Shown: one piece after another, positions 1 through 10,204 of the stretch
How positions within the stretch are numbered: the stretch's first letter is position 1
How the letters are laid out: each line of letters begins with the position of its first letter
From: Ginglymostoma cirratum
Lineage: Eukaryota
Direction of reading: 5' to 3'
Assembly (NCBI GenBank): GCA_024137785.1
Contig: JAHRHZ010000055.1
Span: 10,731,257 to 10,795,256 of the forward strand
Length of the DNA stretch: 64,000 bases
Notes under the pieces: generated by a model
What the model was told of the DNA's origin: nothing
Seen by the model: the letters and a program-made list of their open reading frames with translations, nothing else
The model's database searches: none
Made by a program: the position numbers and the translations under genes

Positions 1-564
1 AATGAAATCATGAATGACATGCTGAACCTTGGGCTGAATTTTGCATCATTAGTAAAGCAATAGTACTCATCCCTGACATCAAAGGAAGATGTCAACAAAG
101 ATCTAACGGAGTATTTCCCTTTCCCGACAAAAATTCAAACCTTGCAGCATATCCCTCACTCAACCATCATCATGAAGCCGGGGGATGAACCCTGATTCAA
201 TGGAGATTGCAGGATGGCATGCTAGGAGCAGCATCAGGCATACCTGAAGTTGAGGTGTCAACTTGGTGAAGCCACCAAACAGGACTATTTGCTTGCCAAA
301 CTGCATAAGCAGCAAGTGGTAGATAGAGCTAAGTGGTCCCACACCATCTGATCAGATCTAAGCTGTGCACTCCTGCTACATCAGCCATGAATGATGCTGG
401 ACAATTACACAGCATCTGAAGAAGCCAGCGCCATTGTGGACCCCATCAAAGCCACCTTCCTACTGAACAGCTCTCTTTAGAAGGTAAGTATAAGTGAAAA
501 CTTTTAAAAAACTAAGAAAAGAAGAAGGGGATAAATGAAAAGAGAAGAAGAAGCAAGAAGAAAA

Positions 565-1255
565 TGTGCCAAGGATTAGCAGATGGAGTTTAATTTAGAT
601 AAATGGTTAAGTTAATGGTAGGGCCCTGGGGAGTGTTGCCGAACAGAAAGACCGAGGGGTTCAGGTACACAGCTCTTTGAAAATGGAGTCACAGGTAGAC
701 AGGATAGTGAAGAAGGTGTCTGACTCGCTTGTCTTCATTGGTCAGAACACTGAGTATAGGAGTTGGGATGTCATGTTGCGGCTGTACAAGACATTGTTCT
801 TAAACCGGAAAGGCTGCAGAAAAGGTTTAAAAGGCTGTTCCTGAGACTCATCTGAGGAGAGGCTGGATAGGCTGGGACTTTTTTCCTGGAGCATAGGATG
901 CTGAGAGGTGACCTTATAGAGGTTTATAAGGTCTTTTCCCAAGGGTAGGGCAATCCAAAACTGGAGGACATAGATTTAAAGCACGAGAGTAAAGTTTTAA
1001 AAGGGACCTGAGGAAAAACTTCTTCACGCAGAGATTGTGCATGTATGGAACGAACTGCCAGAGGAAGTGGTAGAGGAAGGTACAACTATAAATATTTAAA
1101 AGACATTTGACAGGAACATGAATAGGAAAGGTTTAGATGGAAATGGGCCAAATGCATGCAAATCGGGCTAGTTCAATTTAAGAAACTTGGGCCGCCTGGA
1201 CAAGTTAGACCCAATGGTCTGTTTCCATGCTGTATGATTTTATGACTCTATGACT
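565..1255 (+). mobile_element. CR1 LINE 3' fragment
   Basis: gcagatggagtttaat RT C-terminal remnant, typical CR1 3' region (ttcttcacgcagag...tggaacgaactgccagaggaagtgg) and tandem tail tatgactctatgact. Confidence 0.8.
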
Positions 1256-1445
1256 GTAACCTGCTCAGTGGTACCCAGTTTGGGTTCTGCCAGGGCCACT
1301 CAGCTCCGGACCTCATTATAGCCTTGACTCAAACATGGACAAAAGAGCTGTATTCCAGAGGCAATGACAGAGTGACAGCCCTTCACATCAAGGCCACATG
1401 AAACCAAGCCTGGCATCAAAGCGCCCTAACAAAACTGGAATCAAA

Positions 1446-2148
1446 ATCTACTAATGTGGTATACTGCATCCGCTGTACCCGTTGTGGCCTCCTCTACATC
1501 GGGGAAACCAAGCGGAGGCTTGGGGACCACTTTGCAGAACACTTACGCTGGGTTCACAATCAACAACTGTGCCTCCCTGTCACGAACCATTTCAACTCCC
1601 CCTCCCATTCCTCAGACGACATGTCCATCCTGGGCCTCCTGCAGTGCCACAACGATGCCACCCGAAGGCTGCAGGAACAGCAAATCATATTCAGCCTGGG
1701 AACCCTGCAGCCCAATGGCATCAATGTGGATTTCACAAGTTTCAAAATCTCCCCTCCCCCAACCGCATCCCAAAACCAGCCCAGCTCATCTCCACCTCCC
1801 TAACCTGTTTTTCCTCTCACCTCAAGCCACACCCCCATCTCCTATCTACTAACATCATCCCGCCCCCTTGACCTGTCCGTCCTCCCTGGACTGACCTATC
1901 TCCTCCCTACCCCCCTACCTACACTCACCTTTACTGGTTCCATCCCCGCCTCTTCGACTTGTCTGCCTCCTCTCCACCTATCCTCTCCTCTATCCATTCT
2001 CTATCCGCCTCCCCCTCTCTCCCTATTTATTTCAGAACCCTCTTCCCCTCCCCCATTTCTGATGAAGGGTTTAGGCCCGAAACGTCAAGTTTTCCTGCTC
2101 CTATGATGCTGCTTGACCTGCTGTGTTCATCCAGCCCCATGCTTGTTA
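1446..2148 (+). mobile_element. 5'-truncated Penelope-like element, family A: GIY-YIG endonuclease C-terminus plus pLTR
   Basis: ORF 1456-1803 VYCIRCTRCGLLYIGETKRRLGDHFAEHL...GIN has the PLE GIY-YIG signature (VY..CxxC..YIGET). It is followed by a pyrimidine-rich 3' region and a hammerhead-bearing terminus. Confidence 0.9.
2055..2090 (+). ncRNA. Minimal type-I hammerhead ribozyme motif (family A pLTR)
   Basis: CTGATGA (2059-2065), A, stem II GGGT-TTAG-GCCC, GAAAC, GTC cleavage triplet. The core is intact, with the palindromic ACGT helix III typical of PLE hammerheads. Confidence 0.8.
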
Positions 2149-3059
2149 CCAGGAAATGATGATCTCCAATAAGAGATAATCTAATCTCCACGCCTTGCCA
2201 TGCACTAGTGTTACCATCACCGAATCTCTACTGAATATCCTTGGGATTACCACTGACCAGAAATTCAACTGAACTTGCCACATAAACACAATGGCTGCAA
2301 GAGCAGGTAGGAATGCTGCAGCGATTAACTCACCTCTTGACCCCGTAGCCTAGATGGATGCAGCTCCGGCAAAACTCAAGAAGCTTGACACACTCCGGGA
2401 CAAAGCAGCCCGTTTGACTGGCACCAGGTCCACGAGCATCCACTCCCTCCACCACTGACGCTCAGTAGCAGCAGTCTGTACAATCTGCAAGATGCACTGC
2501 AGAAACTCACCAAAGATCCTGAGACAGTACCTTTCAAACCCTGAACACTTCAATGTAGAAGGGCAAGAATAGCAGATACATGGGGAACAGCACCACCTGG
2601 AAGTTCCCCTGCAAGCCACTCATGAACTTGACTTGGAAATGCACTACTATTCCTTCACAGTCACTGGGTCAAAATATTGGAATTCACTCCCTATTAGGGC
2701 ATTGTGAGTCAACCTACAGCACGTGGACATAGTAATTCCAAAGGTCAACTCACCACCACCTTCTCAGGGGCAAATACGGATGGCTAATAAATGCAGGCCA
2801 ACCAGCAATGCCCACATCCCATAAGTGAATTAAAAAATGTGCAGCAGCACCGTTGTCAACAGAGTAAGCAGCCAACAGTGCTGAAGTATTCTCATAGAAC
2901 CTAATCCAGGAACATTGAATCCCATAACTTTGACTTGTAATTTTTTTTGACATAAAGTATATTGAAACAAGCGATTAAGACATGCACATGGGACTAAAAT
3001 AGAAGATAAAATGTAAAACAAAATTAAAACATGTGGAATTTCTTGTCATGGTGGTGAAA

Positions 3060-3200
3060 TTTCATAGAATTATGGAAGGGTTACAGCACAGAAGGAAGGC
3101 ATCCATCCCATTAAACCTGTGGTAGTTTGCTGCAAAAGCAACGTAGCTAGATCCACTCCCCTGCACTTTCCCTAAGCAAACTTTTATGCTTTGACTCTTT
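3060..3200 (-). mobile_element. CR1 3' tail fragment
   Basis: catagaat...ttacagcacagaagga...ggc is the reverse complement of the CR1 3' tail seen in other copies. Confidence 0.55.
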
Positions 3201-3207
3201 TTTTGGA

Positions 3208-3286
3208 AGGTCTGCTAGGTGGTTCAATCTTTGTTGTGAGTCCTTCGCTAATATTTGTAATGGTATGTCTGGTAGGGAAACAACAG
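3208..3286 (-). mobile_element. Short diverged Penelope RT N-terminal fragment
   Basis: Its reverse complement (cctgttgtttccctaccagacataccattacaaatattagcgaaggactcacaacaaagattgaaccacctagcag) aligns to ~4543-4620 with many substitutions. Confidence 0.7.
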
Positions 3287-3289
3287 GTA

Positions 3290-3920
3290 GAGTTTAGGGA
3301 TTTTATAGTGAGAGAAACAGATGGGCATTTCTATGTCTGCAGACATGAATTCAGGATAACAATGTGTTGCCTCCATGGTGCTGGGGTTGTGGATGCCACT
3401 GTATGACTGCCACACTCACTGAAGAAAGAGAGTGAACAGCTATTTGTTACAGTCCATATTGTCATCAATAATATAGGAAGAAGGAAGAACAAAGCTCAGT
3501 TTAGAGAATTTAGGGAGTTGTCAAATAGAACATGAAAGGTAGCAAGAAAATAACATCTAGAAATACTCAGTGGCTCTGCAGCATGTTGAATGCATACACA
3601 TCTGCTAAATTCCAGCATTTTGTGTTTTTATTTAAGTTTTCCAGCATTCTCAGTATTTTGGTCAATGATTGTTCCCTCCAGATTGCTCTGGATGCCATGT
3701 CCTAGCAAGTTTAGAACTGGGAGGATACAGCGTATGAGCGTGTAATTAGAGGGAAAGGCTTCAGATTCCTGGAACATTGGGACAGGTTGCTGAGGAGGTC
3801 AGACCTGTAACCTGGATGTGTTACCCACAACAAGACAGCACCAATGCCTGTGCCAGACAGTATGCTGATGGGGAGGGTGTATACCAACTTGACAGAGAGT
3901 TAGGAACCAGAATATAATGT
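3290..3920 (+). mobile_element. Degenerate CR1 ORF1 (SGNH esterase-type) fragment, duplicated inside the inverted repeat
   Basis: gggattttatagtgagagaaacagatgggcatttc...tgtgttgcctccatggtgctggggtt is a decayed GDSIVR.TD..FC...VCCLPGA motif. A degenerate pLTR hairpin is inserted at ~3545-3665. Confidence 0.6.
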
Positions 3921-3989
3921 TTTGGCAAAGATCTGTAGCTCAGGTTGTGAATGAGGTTGTTGACTTGCTCGCCGAGCTGGCTTGTTTTT

Positions 3990-4044
3990 GTTCAGATGTT
4001 TCATCACCGTGCTAGATGACATCATCAGTAGAGCCTCCGATGAA
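3990..4044 (-). ncRNA. Hammerhead ribozyme motif, inverted copy of the family D pLTR
   Basis: Reverse complement reads CTGATGA-tgtcatc-tagcac-ggtgat-GAAAC-ATC. Confidence 0.6.
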
Positions 4045-4602
4045 GCGATGTTATTCTACACCACTTAGAATTTATACTGTCCAGTCCGTTATGGTGAGTA
4101 TGTCATTTCCGGTTTTGATCTGTATGGGTTTGTATATTGGTTCCATGCTATCCGTTTGTTGATTGAAGTATGGGTGGAGAACCATGCCTCTAGGAATTCC
4201 CGTGTGTGTCTATGTTTGGCTTGGGCTACTATGGTTACCTTGTCCCAGTTAAATTGATGACCTTCATTGTCTGAATGTACTGATATTAAGGAGAGTTCAT
4301 CCTGCCATTTTGCTGCCAGCTGACGTTAATGTATTCTGATGGCTAGTTTCCTTCCTGTCTGTCCTGTTTGTGGCAGTCGTTGCAAGGTATTTAGTAAACC
4401 ACATTTGTTCTGAATGTTGTGGGAATGGGGTCTTTAATCCTTGTAATTGGATTCTAAACCAGATCCCGCTAAACCAGAAGACAGAAACACCCCTCAGTTC
4501 TATGGGCTGCCTAAAGTACATAAACCAGACATCCCTCTCAGACCTATTGTTTCCCTACCAGACACACCATCACACAAATTGGCCAAGGACCTACAATAGA
4601 GA

Positions 4603-5295
4603 TTGAAACACCTAGTAGAGGGATCACCCCATTCTATCCACTCAACCCAAAATTTCCTTGATACCCTCAAGAACATAAAAATCAGCGACAACAAGACTAT
4701 GGTATCCTTTGACACCACAGCCTTATTCAACTCAGTCGACATCCTACTAGCCAAAGAAATAGTGGCCACATTACTAGAGGAAACAGCGACACAAACCAGT
4801 AGCTCCATCAGCAAGGACAACATACTTAAAATACTAGACCTCTGCCTCACCACACACTTCACCTTTAATGGTCCGATGTACAAGCAGATCAACAGTACAC
4901 CAATGGGGTCACCCATCTCAGGAGTCATCTCAGAAGTAGTCATGCAAAGACTAGAACACACCATTCTCCGCATTCAACCTAAACTGTGGATCCGGTACAT
5001 AGATGACACATTTGTCATTATTAAACGCAACAAATTAGAAACCTACCACCTCATCAACGGCGTATTCACAGGGATTAAATTCACAAGGGAAGAAAAAAAC
5101 AACAATCAACTTCCGTTTCTGGATGTTAAAGTCGAGCAATTAACAAACGGGGAGTTCCAAACCTCAGTGTACAGAAAAGCAATACACACCAGTCAAATCC
5201 TCAATTTCCACAACAACTACCCCAACGACAACAAACAAAGCTGCATTAGGACCGTATTTAAATGGGCCAGGATACACTGCAACACTCCAGAATGA
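4603..5295 (+). pseudogene. PLE reverse transcriptase core (remnant ORF, 230 aa)
   Basis: RT motifs as above. An in-frame stop upstream and frameshifts downstream show the polyprotein is broken. Confidence 0.85.
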
Positions 5296-5611
5296 TGCAG
5301 GGAAGAGGAAGAACACTTGTACAAGATCCTCGCTTTAAAAGAGTTATACCTGCAACTTCATCCACCGATGCCTACAAAACAGACAACAGGAGGACACAGT
5401 ATGACCTAACACACTGGCCACACCGTCCGACATCTCGAGATATCAGAACAGATGACAAGATTCCAAAGACCACTAGGAATCATGGTGGCCCAACAGCCCA
5501 CAGCCATTCTACCACAAGCACTTACAAGGATGAAAGATCCCATTCCCATAACATGCAGAATGAACGTGGTTTACAAAATACCATGCAACGACTGCCATGA
5601 ACATTACATCA

Positions 5612-6688
5612 GACAGACAGGAAGGAAACTAGCCATCAGAATACATTAACGTCAGCTGGCAGCAAAATGGCAGGATGAACTCTCCGTAATATCAGTACAT
5701 TCAGACAATGAAGGCCATCAATTTAACTGGGACAAGGTAACCATAGTAGCCCAAGCCAAACATAGACACACACGGGAATTCCTAGAGGCATGGTTCTCCA
5801 CCCATACTTCAATCAACAAACGGATAGCATGGAACCAATATACAAACCCATACAGATCAAAACCGGAAATGACATACTCACCATAACGGACTGGACAGTA
5901 TAAATTCTAAGTGGTGTAGAATAACATCGCTTCATCGGAGGCTCTACTGATGATGTCATCTAGCACGGTGACGAAACATCTGAACAAAAACAAGCCAGCT
6001 CAGCGAGCAAGTCAACAACCTCATCCACAACCTGAGCTACAGATCTTTGCCAAAACATTATACTCTGGTTCCTAACTCTCTGTCAAGTTGGTATACACCC
6101 TCCCCATCAGCATACTGTCTGGCACAGGCATTGGTGCTGTCTTGTTGTGGGTAACACATCCAGGTTACAGGTCTGACCTCCTCAGCAACCTGTCCCAATG
6201 TTCCAGGAATCTGAAGCCTTTCCCTCTAATTACACGCTCATACGCTGTATCCTCCCAGTTCTAAACTTGCTAGGACATGGCATCCAGAGCAATCTGGAGG
6301 GGACAATCATTGACCAAAATACTGAGAATGCTGGAAAACTTAAATAAAAACACAAAATGCTGGAATTTAGCAGATGTGTATGCATTCAACATGCTGCAGA
6401 GCCACTGAGTATTTCTAGATGTTATTTTCTTGCTACCTTTCATGTTCTATTTGACAACTCCCTAAATTCTCTAAACTGAGCTTTGTTCTTCCTTCTTCCT
6501 ATATTATTGATGACAATATGGACTGTAACAAATAGCTGTTTACTCTCTTTCTTCAGTGAGTGTGGCAGTCATACAGTGGCATCCACAACCCCAGCACCAT
6601 GGAGGCAACACATTGTTATCCTGAATTCATGTCTGCAGACATAGAAATGCCCATCTGTTTCCCTCACTATAAAATCCCTAAACTCTAC
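5612..6688 (+). repeat. Right arm of the 1077-bp inverted repeat: PLE 3' end plus ~640 bp of flank
   Basis: See left arm. The CR1-ORF1-like flank appears to continue past 6688 on this side only. Confidence 0.95.
5931..5985 (+). ncRNA. Hammerhead ribozyme motif in the family D pLTR
   Basis: CTGATGA 5947-5953, stem II gtcatc/ggtgac, GAAAC 5973-5977, triplet ATC. Helix I is short and irregular. Confidence 0.65.
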
Positions 6689-6917
6689 TGTGCTCCCCAT
6701 CCTCTTGCCTTAGATTTGGCTCTGGCTGCACTCCCTTGATTAACCATTATGTTTACTCATATTCAGAGGTGAATACTGATTTGTGAATGAGCACTCCTTC
6801 ACCCCCCGCCTGACCCTCCTTTGTGGTCTGAAAGTCACCTGTCCACTCTCTCCTGCAACCCATTAGGCTGTGGGGTGAAGACCCCTAGAAATGGGGTGTC
6901 ATGTCACATTGCAACTC

Positions 6918-7247
6918 ACCAGCACAGTGGCTGAGTGGTCAGTACTGCTGCCTCACAGAACCAGGTGACTGTCTGTGTGGAGTTTGCACATTCACCCCAT
7001 GTCTGCATGAGCTTTTCCAGGTGCTCTGGTTTCCTTCCACAGTCCAACAAAGTTAGGTGGATTGGCCATGCTAAATTGTCCATAGTATCCAGGGATGTAA
7101 AGGCTAGGTGGATTAGCCATGGGATATGTAGGGTTATGGAGATAGGATAAGGGGGTGGATTTGGGTGGGATGATCTTCAAATGGTCAGTGTAGACTTCAT
7201 GGGTCAAATGGTGTGCTTCCACACTGCAGGGATTTTATGATTCTATC
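6918..7247 (+). mobile_element. HE1-like V-SINE (tRNA-derived head, CR1-type tail)
   Basis: gcacagtggctgagtggtcagtactgctgcctcacag head; tgtgtggagtttgcacatt and gttaggtggattggccatgctaaattg central domain; gggattttatgattct tail. Confidence 0.8.
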
Positions 7248-8354
7248 TCTTGTGCTTCTGTGCCAAGAGCAGACAATGAATGCTTATAGTTGCACCTTTA
7301 TTATTACCACAAAGCTGAGCAATTCATGCCGCCACCTTTAAATGTGCAAATAAAGTGTTATTTTCAAAACAAGGGCATGCAGGGCCTGTATGTATTGGAA
7401 GAAAACAAATTAAGATGGATCTCACTGTAAAATTAGAACAAAATTTGAACACAGATAAGAAGGGGAAAGTGGGTGCTTGGACCCATCGAACTTTTCCTTT
7501 CATTGCAAAGACAACATTTTCTGTATTTTTGTTTGGTTCCCATGTACTATAATGGAAAAGGACTATTTTAAAGCCAAGGACAGTAAATAAATTGCTGCAC
7601 TTTTAAAAACAAATCACTGAAACTCATTCTGCTTGATGTTTACACTGCTGCTTTTTTCCAGGGAAAGGGTTTATGGGTGGTATGGCACCAGGGTGCAAGT
7701 GCAGAGTGAGATTTGACCAGCAAAAAGTGGCTGATTGCTTTGTGTAATTGTGACCAGTCAAGGATGTCAAAGCTCATTAGCCTGATGCTGAGTCTGACTG
7801 ATTCCTGAGCAGCTGAACAGTTTGCACATGTGCACAATATTGGGGGAAGTCTTCAGACTGAAAGAAGGGCAGGTTGTGTGTGTCTCTGATTATCTGCAAG
7901 AAAAATATCCAAAAGTGAAGAAAGCCAGTTGTTTTCTCCCACCAGTTGCTGTAAGTAGCTAGACTACCAATTACCCTGTGCTTCCTTGAAGAGGTGAAAG
8001 ACCTAGAGAAAGGAGATTGAAGAACAAAAAATCCTGGCAAGCCAAAAATAAACATCTCAGTGAGCCTGTTGATAATGCTACTATTTCTTGAACCACATTT
8101 CCCAATTCTTACTTCCTCTCCGCTCTTAGAACTATTGGTTTTGGTTGTCTGTGCCTTTTCTGTATATGTATGTACTCTGCTATCCCTATAAAAAGCCACC
8201 TGATTCCTACAGCCAGGCAATGACAGCCCTCAACATAGCTGCTGCTTGCCTTTTCTGCTGGTGCCTCACAGGCAGTTCCTGTTAATTGAGAACATTCAGC
8301 ATAAGTTTATCTCCTGACCTATAAGGCTATCCGAATTCTAAATAAAAACCTTGA

Positions 8355-8455
8355 AAGGATAAGTCACCAGACCCACAACGTTAACTCTGATTTTTTTCTT
8401 CACAGATACTGCCAGACCTGCTGAGCTTTTCCAACAACTTCTGTTTTTATATCTG
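8355..8455 (+). mobile_element. PLE pLTR fragment, family B (degenerate hammerhead half)
   Basis: gtcaccagacccacaacgttaactctg...cacagatactgccagacctgctgagc matches the arms of 55533-55767. Confidence 0.7.
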
Positions 8456-9737
8456 GATTATAAAACAGCTTCAGTTTGGAAGAGGGGAGATGCATATTAA
8501 TCTGGATATCATGTTCTTGATGTTGCTTTGAAATTTCAGTCTCTGATTCTCAGAAAACTTGATGGATGAGTTGAGATTTTTGCAGGGGTGAACATGTTTG
8601 TGGGTAGATTTGTGATTTTTTTTTGAGAGTCCTTCATAAAATTTTTGTTTTATGTGCAGAAAATGTACTAAAGAAGAGAAGGGAATGTTTGAGCATGAAG
8701 ATGATTTATTTTTGTAATGCAGTTGAACAGAATTATTTTTGATGTAATGAAATTGTTGAGAATACCATAATTGGAGAATGGCTTTTGCAATATATTTGAT
8801 CTATGTCAACCAGTTTAAAACAGCCAATTAGACAGGAGAAAGACAAAGATTTAACTAATAAACAAAACAGAGATGCTTTCTCACATAAAATATGTTAGCA
8901 AAATAGCCAGTGGGGAAAGTCTGAAATTGTGAATTTATTCCAATTGTTAAGGATACTTTCATAAGTCTGTCATGTTGTCTATCATAAGTTATTAGGTTTC
9001 CTACACAATTTTCATTGCATCTCTTCTGCTTATTTCTTATGCAGCATACAGAATAAACACTGAATACAATAAATAATAGAAATGATTCACAAACGCATGC
9101 ACACAAGTTGATTATGGATCAACCCCCTGCTACACAGTTGCTAAATCAATCAGGAATTCATAATTCAGCTAAAGTCTCGACTGCTCAAGTCCCTCTTAGC
9201 TCTTGATCCACCAAACTCAAGCTGATTACCACTGGTGCAACAGGAGAAAATTCAAATTCTGCTTTTATCCCGAAAAATTAAATCACCACAGTGACTTATT
9301 CTCCATCCTGGTTGCTTCAGTGTCTCTAGAAACTAACTTGTATCATTACCCTTCTGCAGCAGTTTGAATTAAATGGAATACTGCTTTTAAGAACTTGATA
9401 GCCTCCTCATAATACCATATTAGGATTACAATGAATGCAAAACCGGCTGTGAAATGGAGCACTGTGCAGGAGAGGGGAAACTCAACGAACTGAAAAAAAC
9501 AATATCCGTCTCAGTTTCTAATCTCACAAAGAGCCTTTCAAACCTTGTACTGTTCAGTTCCTGGTTATAAACAGGATCTCAATAATGTAAGGCAGTTCCA
9601 TTCTTTCACAAAGGATAGTGGGGATTGTATTCAAGGCACACTAAGAGTAGAGAAAAAGGATTAAAGTACTTCTTGGCATTAAAAATCCTTCCTATTTCTG
9701 GATGAATTTACTTATTCCTTTCTTCTATTTTAAGACA

Positions 9738-10050
9738 GCAACAACAACTTGTATTGATACAGCACCCCTTATGTAGTAAAAATCACAAGGCATTTAACAG
9801 GGGAATTGTCAATTAAAATTTGACATTGAGCAATACAATGTGATATTGAGGCATACAGTTAAAAGTTTGTGAAAAAGATTTTAGAGAAGAGTCTTAAAAG
9901 GATGAAAGAGTTTCAAGAACCAAAGGTCTTTGAAAGCTGAAGACACAGTCATCAACGGCACAGCAACTAAAATCAGGGATGATCACAACAGGAAAATTGG
10001 AGGAGAACTGTCATCTGAAAGTTGCAGTGCAGGAAATGATCACAAAAGGG
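9738..10050 (-). mobile_element. Old L2-type 3' fragment
   Basis: aacaacaacttgtattgatacagcacc resembles the reverse complement of the L2/DeuSINE 3' terminus. Confidence 0.5.
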
Positions 10051-10204
10051 AGTTTAGGGCCACCAGAATGACAGCGTCCTAGCTCTGGGTGAATGTGGAT
10101 GAACAGAGAACACTGGCTCAATGCCATTTTGAACTTGCGGAAGTATTTCTTATCATTTCCTCCCAAGTGCCCCAATTACACACAAAGAACAATTTCTTAT
10201 GAAT

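Larger units (their letters stand above)
160..2835 (+). mobile_element. Fragmented L2-type LINE (pieces ~160-430, ~1255-1445, ~2149-2835) interrupted by a CR1 and a Penelope fragment
   Basis: The pieces from ~1255 onward are colinear with the more complete copy at 24015-25895 (e.g. aaaactggaatcaa; aagaagcttgacac; caagatgcactgcagaaa; 3' end cccacatcccataagtgaattaaaaaa). Confidence 0.75.
3287..4363 (-). repeat. Left arm of a 1077-bp inverted repeat (partner 5612-6688)
   Basis: Reverse complement of 5612-6688 with about 9 substitutions counted by eye and no net indel (end coordinates sum to 9975 at both ends). Confidence 0.95.
4447..6057 (+). mobile_element. Penelope-like retroelement, family D (Poseidon-like): RT + GIY-YIG + pLTR, 5'-truncated and disrupted
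   Basis: FYGLPKVHKPDIPLRPIVS at ~4498-4555. ORF 4603-5295 has VSFD, PMGSPISG, RYIDD, LPFLD and VYRK motifs. NVVYKIPCNDC..YIRQTGR endonuclease at ~5560-5650. Stops and frameshifts are present. Confidence 0.93.

Noticed and set aside
4500-4973. 157-aa minus-strand ORF
   Set aside because: Antisense shadow of the Penelope RT frame; no independent signature.
8180-8230. TATAAAA box on the plus strand
   Set aside because: An isolated motif in AT-rich DNA without a convincing downstream exon or CpG enrichment.
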